51,817 nucleotides of DNA, taken from sequence record SRR20825010_5515; one strand, written 5' to 3'. Below the pieces are notes generated by a model. The model worked only from the letters and a program-made list of their open reading frames with translations, was not told the DNA's origin and ran no database searches. The position numbers and the translations under genes were made by a program. Every line of letters starts with the position of its first letter. The stretch's first letter is position 1. Below are positions 20,104 to 30,389 of the stretch, piece by piece.

Positions 20104-21192
20104 ATGGCCACTCTGCGTCGATTCCAAGATTCCATCAGCCTGAAAACCATCGGGCTCCATATCCTTTTTTGGTTGTTTATAGTTATTTATTTTGCCTGGG
20201 GGTTTGGCTTTAATGTTGATCCAAAAAAGTCTTTTATCAACTCTTTATATTTTTTACCGGGACACATTATTATGGTGTATTCCCTGCTCTATTTTTTGGT
20301 ACCCAGATTCCTGCTCAAAAGCAAATTTTTGCATTTTTTTGTCGGGCTTTCCGTTGTAATGTTGTTCTGTGTTCTTTACACTATTTTGGCCCAACTACAA
20401 TTGTCGTCCAATATAGACGATTTTAAGGGAATGACAGTAACAGTAGGTAGGAACGTATTGCCTTTTTTACATGTTGGGGGAATCGCTTTGTCGATCAAGT
20501 TGTTGAAATACTGGTATTTGCAAAGGAAGCGGACTATTGAGGCTGAACAGCAGAAAACCGTTGCGGAATTAAAATTGTTGAAGGCGCAATTACATCCCCA
20601 TTTTTTATTCAATACACTTAACAATTTATATTCGCATACGTTGGAATCCTCTCCTAGATCGCCGGAGATTGTGATGAAACTTTCTGGACTTTTACGGTTT
20701 ATGATCTATGAAAGTAATGTACCAAAAATCTCCTTGGTGAAGGAGATCGAATTATTGCAAAACTATATCTCTCTCGAAAAGTTGCGTTATGGTGATAGGT
20801 TGGATCTGTCCTTAACCATTACAGGCGATATTGGGCAATATCAGATAGCTCCCTTGCTATTGCTGCCTTTTTTGGAAAACGCATTTAAACATGGGACCAG
20901 TAGGCAGATTGACACCTGTTGGATAAGCTTTTATCTTTCCATGAACGGTTCCACAATGTGCTTCAAATTGGTGAACAGTATAGATCCTTATGAGGCACAA
21001 ACCAGAATTGGGGGATTGGGCCTTCAAAATGTACGGCAACGACTGGAACTTCTATATAAACATAACCACAATTTGGAAACTGTGATGTTGGACGATGTTT
21101 TCGTTGTAAGCCTAGAAATCAATTTAGAAGTATTGGAGAAACAATATGAGGACGAACTGGTTTTAACCTTATCAAATCAATTGAAATTTTGA
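20104..21192 (+). CDS. LytS/YehU-type sensor histidine kinase
   Basis: TM N-terminus; LKAQLHPHFLFNTLNNLY, ENAFKHG, GLGLQNVRQRL; likely start at the ATG at 20104. Confidence 0.92.
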   Translation: MATLRRFQDSISLKTIGLHILFWLFIVIYFAWGFGFNVDPKKSFINSLYFLPGHIIMVYSLLYFLVPRFLLKSKFLHFFVGLSVVMLFCVLYTILAQLQLSSNIDDFKGMTVTVGRNVLPFLHVGGIALSIKLLKYWYLQRKRTIEAEQQKTVAELKLLKAQLHPHFLFNTLNNLYSHTLESSPRSPEIVMKLSGLLRFMIYESNVPKISLVKEIELLQNYISLEKLRYGDRLDLSLTITGDIGQYQIAPLLLLPFLENAFKHGTSRQIDTCWISFYLSMNGSTMCFKLVNSIDPYEAQTRIGGLGLQNVRQRLELLYKHNHNLETVMLDDVFVVSLEINLEVLEKQYEDELVLTLSNQLKF

Positions 21193-21300
21193 AATACGCC
21201 ATAACAATTATAGATGGTTACCTAACTAGAATTTAATGTTCTAGAGCACCTGAGCTATAGAAATTGCTGTTGCAATTATAAACTAACAACTATTTGACAG

Positions 21301-22020
21301 ATGAAATATAATTGTATTATTGTGGATGATGAACCCCATGCGATCAAGATCCTTGAAAGCTATATTAAGTCTCTAGATCAACTAAAGATAGTCGGAATCT
21401 GCAGTAACGGTTTCAAAGCAATCAATATTATGAACAACGAAAAGGTGGATCTTATATTTCTTGATATCAATATGCCAAAATTACTGGGTACTCAGTTATT
21501 AAAGACACTTCAATCTCCCCCTAAGGTTATTTTTACTACGGCCCATAAGGATTATGCTGTTGAGGCATTTGAACTGGATGCCGTTGATTATCTGTTAAAA
21601 CCTATTTCCTTTGAGCGGTTCTTAAAGGCGGTGAACAAGTTTTGCCACACCACCAATGTTGATGTGGCTCCTGTGGATCATGGCACAGGGTTTTTATATT
21701 TTAGGGCCGATCGGAAAATGGTAAAAGTTTTTTTAGAGGATATTCTTTATATAGAAAGTTATAAGGACTACATAGTGATCCATAAAAAAACTGATGTAGT
21801 CAAGGTCAAGCTTACGATCAGTGCCGTTGAAAAAATGTTGCCACAGAATTTATTTTTGCGGATCCACCGTTCCTTCCTGGTTGCTATTAACCAAGTAACG
21901 GCCTATACGAAATACGATGTTGAAATTGGGAAAATAGAACTGCCCATTGGTAGAAGCTTTTCCTGCGTAATCCAAAAGTTGACGGACAATAACTCTATCA
22001 TTTCAGGCTTTGAGGAATGA
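21301..22020 (+). CDS. LytTR-family response regulator
   Basis: IVDDEP, FLDINMP, FTTAH, DYLLKP receiver domain; FLRIHRSF LytTR domain. Confidence 0.95.
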   Translation: MKYNCIIVDDEPHAIKILESYIKSLDQLKIVGICSNGFKAINIMNNEKVDLIFLDINMPKLLGTQLLKTLQSPPKVIFTTAHKDYAVEAFELDAVDYLLKPISFERFLKAVNKFCHTTNVDVAPVDHGTGFLYFRADRKMVKVFLEDILYIESYKDYIVIHKKTDVVKVKLTISAVEKMLPQNLFLRIHRSFLVAINQVTAYTKYDVEIGKIELPIGRSFSCVIQKLTDNNSIISGFEE

Positions 22021-22021
22021 T

Positions 22022-22499
22022 CTAATAATTTAAAAGCAATAATTTCAGCTCCAGACCAAAAGTTGTTTTGGTAGGAGAACTGGCGACAAATTCGTAGTTC
22101 CATGTTCCCAAAATATTTTTGATGTAGATACCGATATAAAATACCTTGGAAAGTTGATAGTTTCCATTTACTAAGATAAGAACCTCTTAGGGGACCATAA
22201 TTGTATTGATCACCGACCCGTAGCACTTTATTGACCGGAGAGCCGTTATAAAAAATTCCGGGATTTGTATTGGCCGCAACATTCCTCCGCGAAAAGAAAT
22301 CATAGTTTTATATCCAACGGGAAATAAGGGTAGCATAAAATTTGTTGATCCCGATATTAAATGTGGTACTTAGTTTATTTTTTGGGGTATTTATTGAAAG
22401 ATCGTTGTTCGTAACCTTTCCGTCAAAATTTCCACCGTTTTTCAAATGGTTTTTGTCCAACGAATAATCATAGAAGGAATAGTAAAAGAAAAGCCATAT
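22022..22499 (-). pseudogene. Decayed C-terminal fragment of a TonB-dependent receptor
   Basis: YSFYDYSLDKNHLKNGGNFDGKVTNNDLSINTPKNK..RWI*NYDFFS..YNYGPL, a frameshift, then VNGNYQLSKVFYIGIYIKNILG..TTFGLELKL; barrel-end pattern. Confidence 0.6.
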
Positions 22500-22563
22500 A
22501 AAAAATTAAGCCATGGCCTTAATTAAAAGCCAGAGCTTAATGAATCCCATTTGAGAGTGGATT

Positions 22564-23946
22564 TTATTCTAATTCTCTTAGATTATTATGATAAACAAAT
22601 GCAGCTAATAGTCTCCCCATTTTTTCACCCTCAATTATATCTTGTCGGAAATGATAACCTATGTATATTCTGGAAAGTGAAATATCATGCGCAAGTTGGG
22701 AGAAACTTTCATAGCTTCTATTTGTCTCCGGAAGGCTAATACTTGCTATGGTAAATGATTTTTTATCCTTACCAAAGTACAATTTGAACAGTTCTGCGGC
22801 AGCTCCGCCATTCGCGGCGTGGGAGGATGGGTAAGAAGGTGTTGGTGGCGTTGTTCTTACTTCCTGACGTTGAGGTATAATCCAGTTGGGATCTCCAGCG
22901 GTATTATCGTTCCCATCGTTCTCTCCTTCCCTTATCGCCGTAATGGGTCTCCAGCTATTATAGAAATATTTGGCTTCAAAAACGCTGATATGGATATCTG
23001 CCTGTACCATGTGGGTAAGTGCAAGAAGCCTGGCAGTCTCATATCCGTTAAACTTTCCCTCGATAGCAAAAGTTCTGGCAATACGATTCATGGCACTTGG
23101 GGAATTCTCAATAAAGAACGCTCCCATGTCTAATTGCTCTTGGGTTCGATTGGGGCATTCGTTGCAGCCCAATAACTTAACTTCATCATAATCAGAAGCG
23201 TATTCTTGGGAATTGATCGGATATGGTGGACCAGGCCTAAACTGTTGTCCGGAAGTTATGCCGAATGGAACTACATTTCCCCAATCCGGGGCATAGACGG
23301 CATTTTCTGGCCAAGCGGGAGGATTCGCTAAAGTAAATGGTATATAAGATCTATATTCACCTGGCCCTGTACCTTGATCATAGGTAGTAAATTTGGGCCT
23401 TAGGTCATTTAGCCTTTTTTGCAAAATAGCGGCTGCCGCCTCCATACCTATCCCAATTCCTTTTTCTTTAAAATCCGAATCCTCCATTTTCGAGAGGCAT
23501 TCCACTAAAAGATCGTCAGCGCTCGACTTCCAACCTGGGGCCACAATAACAAGTACATCATGTGCAGCTTGTGCCACGGCCGCATCTGCGATTTTCGCTA
23601 CTTCTTCCTTTGAAACTCCCTCCGGGTTTGCCCTACTGTTATCAAGGGCGTATGTTTCAAACTTGGGAACAACATTATTCAATGCGTCGTGCATTGCCAA
23701 GGTTACCATGGCATATGCTCTGGATTCCGGAGGGGGTGGGCTTAAATTGTCAATAGCCAAACTAATTGCATTGTCCCACTTTAAAACCATTTCATTGTTA
23801 TAAGATTTTATCATTTCATTATACAATAATTTCGGATCTGGTACAGGAACAGGAATAGGGTCAGGATCTAGAGTATCCGTTTCGCAAGCACTTATTGCTA
23901 CCAACAAAATTACAGTGCAACCAAAAAGCTTAACATTTTTATTCAT
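22564..23946 (-). CDS. Vanadium-dependent haloperoxidase-like lipoprotein (PAP2 superfamily)
   Basis: Lipobox ISAC; vanadate motifs AKYFYNSWRP, YPSSH, SRIYIGYHF..D; MHDALN N-terminal helix. Confidence 0.88.
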   Translation of the reverse strand: MNKNVKLFGCTVILLVAISACETDTLDPDPIPVPVPDPKLLYNEMIKSYNNEMVLKWDNAISLAIDNLSPPPPESRAYAMVTLAMHDALNNVVPKFETYALDNSRANPEGVSKEEVAKIADAAVAQAAHDVLVIVAPGWKSSADDLLVECLSKMEDSDFKEKGIGIGMEAAAAILQKRLNDLRPKFTTYDQGTGPGEYRSYIPFTLANPPAWPENAVYAPDWGNVVPFGITSGQQFRPGPPYPINSQEYASDYDEVKLLGCNECPNRTQEQLDMGAFFIENSPSAMNRIARTFAIEGKFNGYETARLLALTHMVQADIHISVFEAKYFYNSWRPITAIREGENDGNDNTAGDPNWIIPQRQEVRTTPPTPSYPSSHAANGGAAAELFKLYFGKDKKSFTIASISLPETNRSYESFSQLAHDISLSRIYIGYHFRQDIIEGEKMGRLLAAFVYHNNLRELE

Positions 23947-24353
23947 GACAGTATATTTTTAAGATTACATGTTAAAAATATATCATTCCCTTATCCGGAA
24001 ATTTTAGCCATGATGTATAACCGATTTAACGGTAAGAAGGAAGTATTTTGATCGACAAACGGAATTTTTAATTTCATCTCAAATCAATATGATTTCAACG
24101 CAGCTGACCTAAAGTTTTATCCAAATGATGTATAACCAAGAGTATCGCCCAAAAACTTTATTTAATGTTATGCACAAGAATGAAAAGCAGATTGTTCCAA
24201 TAAAAATCTGGGGCTACTCGATAAATAAACTGGCCTAAAAGAGGTTTACTATTGTGTATACAATATAAATATTGGAGCAACATTTTCATAGCCTTGCAAA
24301 AGGAGGCGTTTTAGTAGGGTATTTGTTTTTCCTTTGGATATTAACTTTTTTAG

Positions 24354-24448
24354 TTACTTTCCGATACAGAAATATGAAAGGCCTATGTTTATTGGGTTAT
24401 ATTGAAATTGAGGTACAAAAAGTCGCTGAAAGTACAGGGAAATCAGCA
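24354..24448 (-). mobile_element. att-junction copy B: duplicated mnmE 3' end plus arm
   Basis: 24354-24371 reverse complement TTCTGTATCGGAAAGTAA = FCIGK*, next to ATTGAGGTAC (24407-24416). Confidence 0.8.
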
Positions 24449-24614
24449 ATATTTAATGAAATACAATTACGACAGACGGTCCTTATACCCCTCCTTTCGT
24501 TTCCCGATCAAAAAAAATATACAATAGCATTTTGTACTTTCATCCAAGTTTTTCCCTTAGAATATAAATGTCTTGGTTATTTGATTTTCAACAGTCTCTA
24601 AAACCATTACCTAC

Positions 24615-26870
24615 CTAAAAACGATAGGTATAAACCGCCTTCATCGCCGCTCCCTGTTGTGTTGTAAAAAGTCTTCTATTCAATGTTGGGTTGTTTAGCC
24701 AGTTGTGGTTGTACACAAAAAAAATGTCGGTACCAGGGGTAATTATCCATCTAAAACGGGTGTTGGTCCCAAGAATGTCGCTTATATCATCAAATTGAAT
24801 GTTGGACGAAAGTGAAATATCGGGTGTAAAATCAAGCCCAAGATCTACCTGGAATAAATTGGTGCTAAATCCACTGTTTTCAGCACTTACTTGGGCATGC
24901 GTGTACCCACTGCTTAGATTAATACCAAGTGCTGGTCGAATGGTTAGGCCCATAACCAGCCTTCTAATATTTCCGGTCCAAAATCCTCCGGCTTCATAAC
25001 CAATTGATCCGGATACCTTGCGAAAGGATGCAGAAGATGCCTGCAATTCGTAACCCCAATTAACGTATTTCCCTGGAGCTACAATAACCGTACTGTCACC
25101 AAGAATATCAAAGTCTTCATTAAGGAATTCAAAGCCCCTAGAGACTTCAACACCTAAATTATCACCAGATTCAAATCTGATCGTTCCCAAGTTAAACCGA
25201 AGATTTTCGGTAAGAAGTTTATTTTCCAATGAAGTGAGATACTCATAATAAACGCCCCATTCTATTTCTCTTATAAACTGACTCTTTTCAAATAGGGGAG
25301 CATAGTTAATTGCCGGTTGCAACCTTTTAAAACCGTTACGTTGGTTAAACCCGATTGCTGGATCATACTCATCTCCAAATTCCCTATATGAAACCCAAGC
25401 AGACCAGGGTTGGTTGGGAAAATTAAAACGAAAGCCCCGGACTGATCTATCAGATATGGAGGTGGAATCATTAGAGGGTAAAGCGGCGCTGTGCGCAACA
25501 AAAAAGGCTGAGAACTGTAGTGTGTTATCACCTAGAAATTCTGAAGTACTTAAGTTTAGATCGGTTCCCCATGTTTTTCTGTCTTGAATTGGGTTGCCCA
25601 ACAATATATCGTCTTCGGTGCTTCTATAGGTATATATTAGGCCGATAGAACTCTCCTTCCAGAAATTTCTTCTATATCTGGCCACTGAAAAATTTTCTGG
25701 ATTCAGTTCTCCTTCCCTTCCTGTACGTACATGCAATAGTGCAATGTTGCTCTTGCCTATATTTCCTATAAGACGACCTCCATACTTAATAGGAATAGGT
25801 ATCCCGTTCACCAGTCCGATTCTGCGACTAAAATAAGGGTCTACATTACTTGATGGCGCAAATTCCCAAATTGAGGATCCCTCAAGAAAAAAATCTCTTT
25901 TCTCTGGGAATCGCAAAGGAAAACGAGTAAGATTTATTTGTCGATTGTCCACCTCGGTCTGTGCAAAATCGGTATTGTAGGTAATCGATGCTTTCAATTG
26001 GGATGTAATATTGTAATTAAGGTCAAACCCAAGGTCCATGGAAGAAGCACTGCTGTACTCAGCCTTCTCCTCATCATATATTTTGCTGGACTGGGTAATG
26101 CCATAAGGGATAAATTCCAAACCTAATCCCTGCGAATGACCAACTAGCCCCGTAAGAATACCGGCATTCTGCGGTCGTAACAATCCCTGGTTACGGCGAT
26201 GACCTGTCCATAATTGTTCTTCGTTTTTACGGCGTATGGTCCTTTGAAAATTAATTCCCCAAACATCGCTTTTCGGATCAAAGTTTATGCTGCGAAAAGG
26301 GATTTTGATTTCTGCGGACCAACCAAAATCGCCAATATAAGTCCATGCATTCCATATACCATCCCAGTCTTTGTTCAAGGTTTGGCCCTGGCCAGAAGAA
26401 ATGAGACCGTCTCCGCGTAATCCCAAGGGATTTATTTCGAAAAAATAGGCACTTCGCTTGTCCATAAATGTATCAAAAATCCATCTGAAACGATCATCTG
26501 TCTCTAGGGATGCGTCCCTTTTCTTTTGAAAAGTCTTTATATCGGAAGGACTACTATCATAACAAACAACTGCGATATAAATATTTTGGCTATCAAAGGC
26601 AATTCGTATTTCCGTTTGCTCTGTTGGTTTAGCCCCTTCTTTGGGTTCTTGCATTAAGAAATTGCCATTACCCGGAATAGTAGTCCAAAATTCTTCATCC
26701 ACAATCCCGTCCAGACGAAGCTCAATACCATTAAGTGGATACCCAATTATTTGCTTTAAATCATTTTCATTATCCATGTCCTGACCAAACCCTAGAACAG
26801 GTATAAGGTATATGGGTAACTTATAAATGACATATATCAGAATTTTCTTAAAGTGGTTCTGGAAATTCAT
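24615..26870 (-). CDS. CBM9-like plus DUF5916 outer-membrane protein
   Basis: LDGIVDEEFW, AYFFEINPLG, WSAEIKIPF; NTDFAQTEVD..FPEKRDFFLEG; C-terminal YTYRF. Confidence 0.85.
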   Translation of the reverse strand: MNFQNHFKKILIYVIYKLPIYLIPVLGFGQDMDNENDLKQIIGYPLNGIELRLDGIVDEEFWTTIPGNGNFLMQEPKEGAKPTEQTEIRIAFDSQNIYIAVVCYDSSPSDIKTFQKKRDASLETDDRFRWIFDTFMDKRSAYFFEINPLGLRGDGLISSGQGQTLNKDWDGIWNAWTYIGDFGWSAEIKIPFRSINFDPKSDVWGINFQRTIRRKNEEQLWTGHRRNQGLLRPQNAGILTGLVGHSQGLGLEFIPYGITQSSKIYDEEKAEYSSASSMDLGFDLNYNITSQLKASITYNTDFAQTEVDNRQINLTRFPLRFPEKRDFFLEGSSIWEFAPSSNVDPYFSRRIGLVNGIPIPIKYGGRLIGNIGKSNIALLHVRTGREGELNPENFSVARYRRNFWKESSIGLIYTYRSTEDDILLGNPIQDRKTWGTDLNLSTSEFLGDNTLQFSAFFVAHSAALPSNDSTSISDRSVRGFRFNFPNQPWSAWVSYREFGDEYDPAIGFNQRNGFKRLQPAINYAPLFEKSQFIREIEWGVYYEYLTSLENKLLTENLRFNLGTIRFESGDNLGVEVSRGFEFLNEDFDILGDSTVIVAPGKYVNWGYELQASSASFRKVSGSIGYEAGGFWTGNIRRLVMGLTIRPALGINLSSGYTHAQVSAENSGFSTNLFQVDLGLDFTPDISLSSNIQFDDISDILGTNTRFRWIITPGTDIFFVYNHNWLNNPTLNRRLFTTQQGAAMKAVYTYRF

Positions 26871-27206
26871 GTGTTTTGCATCACATTTATTTTATCAATA
26901 ATGTCCGTCCTAATTTTCATTATAAATTCATTTGACCTTAATGTCCACAAGAATCATAATGATTGTGCCTTTTGGGAATACTTCCTAAAGATATATAGCG
27001 CCTTGGATTGATTATTCCCAACTTGGGTGACTATTGCATAAGTTAGTAAAAAATTCCGTCACGGCCATTATCAATGGGATGAGGTCACCTTAATGAAGTA
27101 TTGGAAAACAAAAACCGTTCTAATCAGGGAAGCCTAAAATTATTGATGATAAACCACTTATTTGGCTAAGCTAGTGCTACTTTATTATGGCTTTAATAAC
27201 AATAGG

Positions 27207-27584
27207 TTACATTACTTTATTGGCTAAATATTTTTGTACTTCATACACATCTATGCTTTTATTGAATTTCTTACTTACACTAGGTGTATCCTCACTGGAA
27301 ATCCAAATCTTTAGCTCTGCATCCAAATCGAATGTTCCGGATGTTTCCAAGGAGAAGCGAGAGATGTTTTTATAGGGTAGAGATTTATATTCTATTTTGC
27401 TTCCCGTAAGGCCCTGAATATCAACTAAAATCAACCTTTTGTTAGGGAACATAAATACATCCCTGAACAAGGTAAATCCGAGTTCTATCTGCTCATCGTT
27501 GATAAGTAACCTTGCGTATTTTTGGTTGAGTTTCTCGGATGAGACCTCACTCGCGTTTCCTAATATTTTGTTTAATAAACCCAT
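27207..27584 (-). CDS. Bacterial PH-domain protein (YvbH-like)
   Basis: RD.F.F..KRLILVDIQGLTGSKIEYKSLPY..ETSGTFDLDAELKIW. Confidence 0.88.
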   Translation of the reverse strand: MGLLNKILGNASEVSSEKLNQKYARLLINDEQIELGFTLFRDVFMFPNKRLILVDIQGLTGSKIEYKSLPYKNISRFSLETSGTFDLDAELKIWISSEDTPSVSKKFNKSIDVYEVQKYLANKVM

Positions 27585-27906
27585 ATGAAATTAAGTTTTT
27601 TCTAGTTGTATAAATGTATGACATTTGTTACTAATCAATCTTTAGATTGAGTACATGCTTCCTTCTTTTGCGGTATTTACACTTTCATCACCTGCTCTCT
27701 TTTCCACCTACGAATACATTAAAAAGAATGAAAATAGCTCGGATTCTCTAGTCATGAACGTCACCTAAATTTGGGAGGCCGTCAAAAAATGATAATATTG
27801 TACTAATAATCAGTTCTAATTAAAGGAAGCCCACCGATATAGTCAACGTTTTACCAAAATTAGAATTTGATTAATCTTAAAAACGATTGTGATAAATTAA
27901 AAACAA

Positions 27907-29697
27907 ATGATAAAAAATAAATCCATTGCAGTTTTACCATTTGTTAATTTGAGTAATAATATTGATAACGAATACTTCTGTGATGGTTTAACAGAAGAAA
28001 TTATTTATGCGCTCGCAAAAATTAAAGATTTAGTTGTAACCTCTCGCACATCCTCATTTTATTTTAAAAACAAAAAAGTAACTGCTAATGAGATAAGAGA
28101 GAAATTAAAGGTGGCTACATTTATTGAAGGCAGTGTAAGAGCATCAAAAAAGAAAATGCGTATTACGGTGCAAATGATTGATACATTAGAGGACTTTCAT
28201 TTTTGGTCAAAAACTTTTGATAGAAATCCAGATGATATTTTTGAAATTCAAGATGAAATAAGCTTGTTTATAGCAGAAAAATTACGTGAGCATGTGGGTC
28301 ATATTGAGATAGAAGATAAGCTAGTAGCACCTATTGATGTGCCTGTAAATATTTATAGGGAATATCTGAAAGGTAGATATTACTTAATGAAATTAGATTA
28401 TGATAGTTCATTAAAAGCTATCGAAATCTTTAAAAGTATTATAAAGAAATCACCAAAGTTTGCAAACCCTTATTTAGATATTAATCAAGCCTATACCTTT
28501 ATGGGAACTATGGGATTGTTGCCAGCATTTGAAGCTTTTCAAAAAGCACAACCGTTTTTTGAAAAAGCAATGTCTCTTAATCCAAATTCATCAAGAGTAC
28601 AATTAAATTTATCCTGGATAGAATGTTGGCAAAACTGGAATCTTAAGAAAGCTTACGAACATGCCAATAAGGCTTTGGAGATTCAACAAGCAGACGATAT
28701 TTATTTAACTATTTCTAATTTTTTAACAGTGGAAGGAAAATTAGATGCAGCACGTAATTATCTTGACAAAGCTTTGCAGTTAGACCCCTATGCCGCTATC
28801 AACCATCACTATAAGGGGTTTTTATATTACTTACAAGAAGATTACAGCACTGCAATACCTTTCTTAAAAAAGGCATTGGAGCTAGATCCAATGTTACCCT
28901 TTCCTCCAATTTATATAGGGATTTGTTTATTGATGTCGGGCAAACCAAATGAAGCTTTGACATATTTCAGTTCACTTGAAGGAGTTTCTGTGAAAGACCT
29001 CACCAAATTAGGAGGTAAAACTATGTGTTATGCAAAGCTCAATGAAACGGAAAAGTGCAATGATGGATTAAAAGAATTAGAAACCTATTTAACAACAGCA
29101 CTAGTAGATAAGGCATTTACATTTTTGATATTAGTTAATGCCTTATTAGGAAATAATGAGAAGGTAGTTGATTTAGTAACACAAGCATACCATAGCCGCT
29201 TACCTTTAATTTTATTATTAAATCCATCCCCAATTCTTAAACCTGTAAAAAATCACAAAGGGTTTAAAGAAATAATGTTGAAAGCAATTCCTGATAATGT
29301 AAACTATAAACAGAAAAAAAAGTATAAACAATCATTACTGGATACTGACGAAATTAAAAATTACAGCAAAGAACTAAAGCTGATTATGGAGGATTATAAA
29401 TTGTATTTAAATCCAGACTTATCATTAAAGGATTTAGCTTCCTACCTAGAACTTCCTGCCAATTATGTCTCACAATTATTGAACCTAGGATTTCAAAAAA
29501 ACTTCTCAGAATATGTGAATTCTTATAGAGTAAACGAATTTAAAGAACGTATTCTACTAGAAGAAAATAAAGGCTTGACCATAATGGCTGTAGCATACGA
29601 CAGTGGTTTTAATTCTAAAACCGTATTTAATACCTTTTTTAAAAAAATAGAATGTACAACGCCCAATAGCTACCTTAGGTCAAACCAAGCTAATTAG
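27907..29697 (+). CDS. TolB-like/TPR/AraC-HTH transcriptional regulator
   Basis: SIAVLPFVNLS..EYFCDGLTEE N-terminus, TPR repeats, C-terminal NFSEYVNSYRV..SGFNSKTVFNTFFKK. Confidence 0.9.
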   Translation: MIKNKSIAVLPFVNLSNNIDNEYFCDGLTEEIIYALAKIKDLVVTSRTSSFYFKNKKVTANEIREKLKVATFIEGSVRASKKKMRITVQMIDTLEDFHFWSKTFDRNPDDIFEIQDEISLFIAEKLREHVGHIEIEDKLVAPIDVPVNIYREYLKGRYYLMKLDYDSSLKAIEIFKSIIKKSPKFANPYLDINQAYTFMGTMGLLPAFEAFQKAQPFFEKAMSLNPNSSRVQLNLSWIECWQNWNLKKAYEHANKALEIQQADDIYLTISNFLTVEGKLDAARNYLDKALQLDPYAAINHHYKGFLYYLQEDYSTAIPFLKKALELDPMLPFPPIYIGICLLMSGKPNEALTYFSSLEGVSVKDLTKLGGKTMCYAKLNETEKCNDGLKELETYLTTALVDKAFTFLILVNALLGNNEKVVDLVTQAYHSRLPLILLLNPSPILKPVKNHKGFKEIMLKAIPDNVNYKQKKKYKQSLLDTDEIKNYSKELKLIMEDYKLYLNPDLSLKDLASYLELPANYVSQLLNLGFQKNFSEYVNSYRVNEFKERILLEENKGLTIMAVAYDSGFNSKTVFNTFFKKIECTTPNSYLRSNQAN

Positions 29698-29747
29698 TTC
29701 GGATTTAAAAAATAGAACTATTACGATCAGCCTTAGTGCTAGTTTTG
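29691..29747 (+). promoter_or_regulatory. Putative AraC-TPR box plus -7 element, copy 1
   Basis: TAATTAGTTC-N12-TAGAACT (29691-29719), then TAGTTTTG at 29740. Confidence 0.65.
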
Positions 29748-29776
29748 TCTCGTAACAAATTATTCAATTTAAGGAG

Positions 29777-30367
29777 ATGAAGATTTATATCAAATTATTC
29801 TTGGCATTAATGATGCTTAGTGGGTGTAATAATTGGACGAATCCTGATTTTACAAAACAGCCAACCATTTCAGATTACAAAGTAGGAGAAAAATGGATAT
29901 GGAAGTATAAAGGAGTAACCACCACAGGTGAGGTAAGGTCTGAAGGGAGAGATAAACGGGAAATAATAGAAGTTAAGGGTGAATTACTAATAACTATTGG
30001 TAAGGATACGACACCTGTCTCAGAAATTGTAAAACCCGAAGTAAGTAATACACCAAAATACGATTGGCCTCTTAAAGTAGGTAAAAAGTGGGTTTATGAA
30101 GAAAACTGGACAAGTCAAGATGGAACAACAGGAAAACAACGGCTAAATGCTGAAATTGTATCCTATAAAGAAGAAAAAGTAGAAGCAGGAAACTTTGTGG
30201 CCTACACGATTCATTATAATGGTAAAATCACAAATTCCAGAGGTTATAATGCAGTTGTAGATGAAGTTTGGCTTTATGCACCTAAGGTTAAAAACTTCAT
30301 TAAGCTAACTCAAAAGCAGGATGATTTTGTGTATAACGAGGAACTAGTTGAGTATTCAAACAAGTAA
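29777..30367 (+). CDS. Hypothetical lipoprotein
   Basis: Lipobox LSGC; internal repeat KVGEKW/KVGKKW; EKVEAGNF motif. Confidence 0.8.
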   Translation: MKIYIKLFLALMMLSGCNNWTNPDFTKQPTISDYKVGEKWIWKYKGVTTTGEVRSEGRDKREIIEVKGELLITIGKDTTPVSEIVKPEVSNTPKYDWPLKVGKKWVYEENWTSQDGTTGKQRLNAEIVSYKEEKVEAGNFVAYTIHYNGKITNSRGYNAVVDEVWLYAPKVKNFIKLTQKQDDFVYNEELVEYSNK

Positions 30368-30389
30368 TTTTTGTAATGTCCATTTGTAA

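Noticed and set aside
21189-21260. Short MKYAITIIDG frame resembling the LytTR N-terminus
   Set aside because: Too short and degenerate to call a duplication.
21903-22226. 107-aa minus-strand ORF
   Set aside because: It is a chimeric frame of the TBDR pseudogene running antisense into the LytTR gene.
24272-24601. 109-aa plus-strand ORF
   Set aside because: It spans att copy B and its arm, has a TTG start and shows no protein-like features; likely spurious.
27704-27720. TTCATCACCTGCT shared between ~27683 and ~5737 and the adjacent sequence, considered as another att copy
   Set aside because: No FCIGK core or TGAGGTAC arm; probably a chance match.
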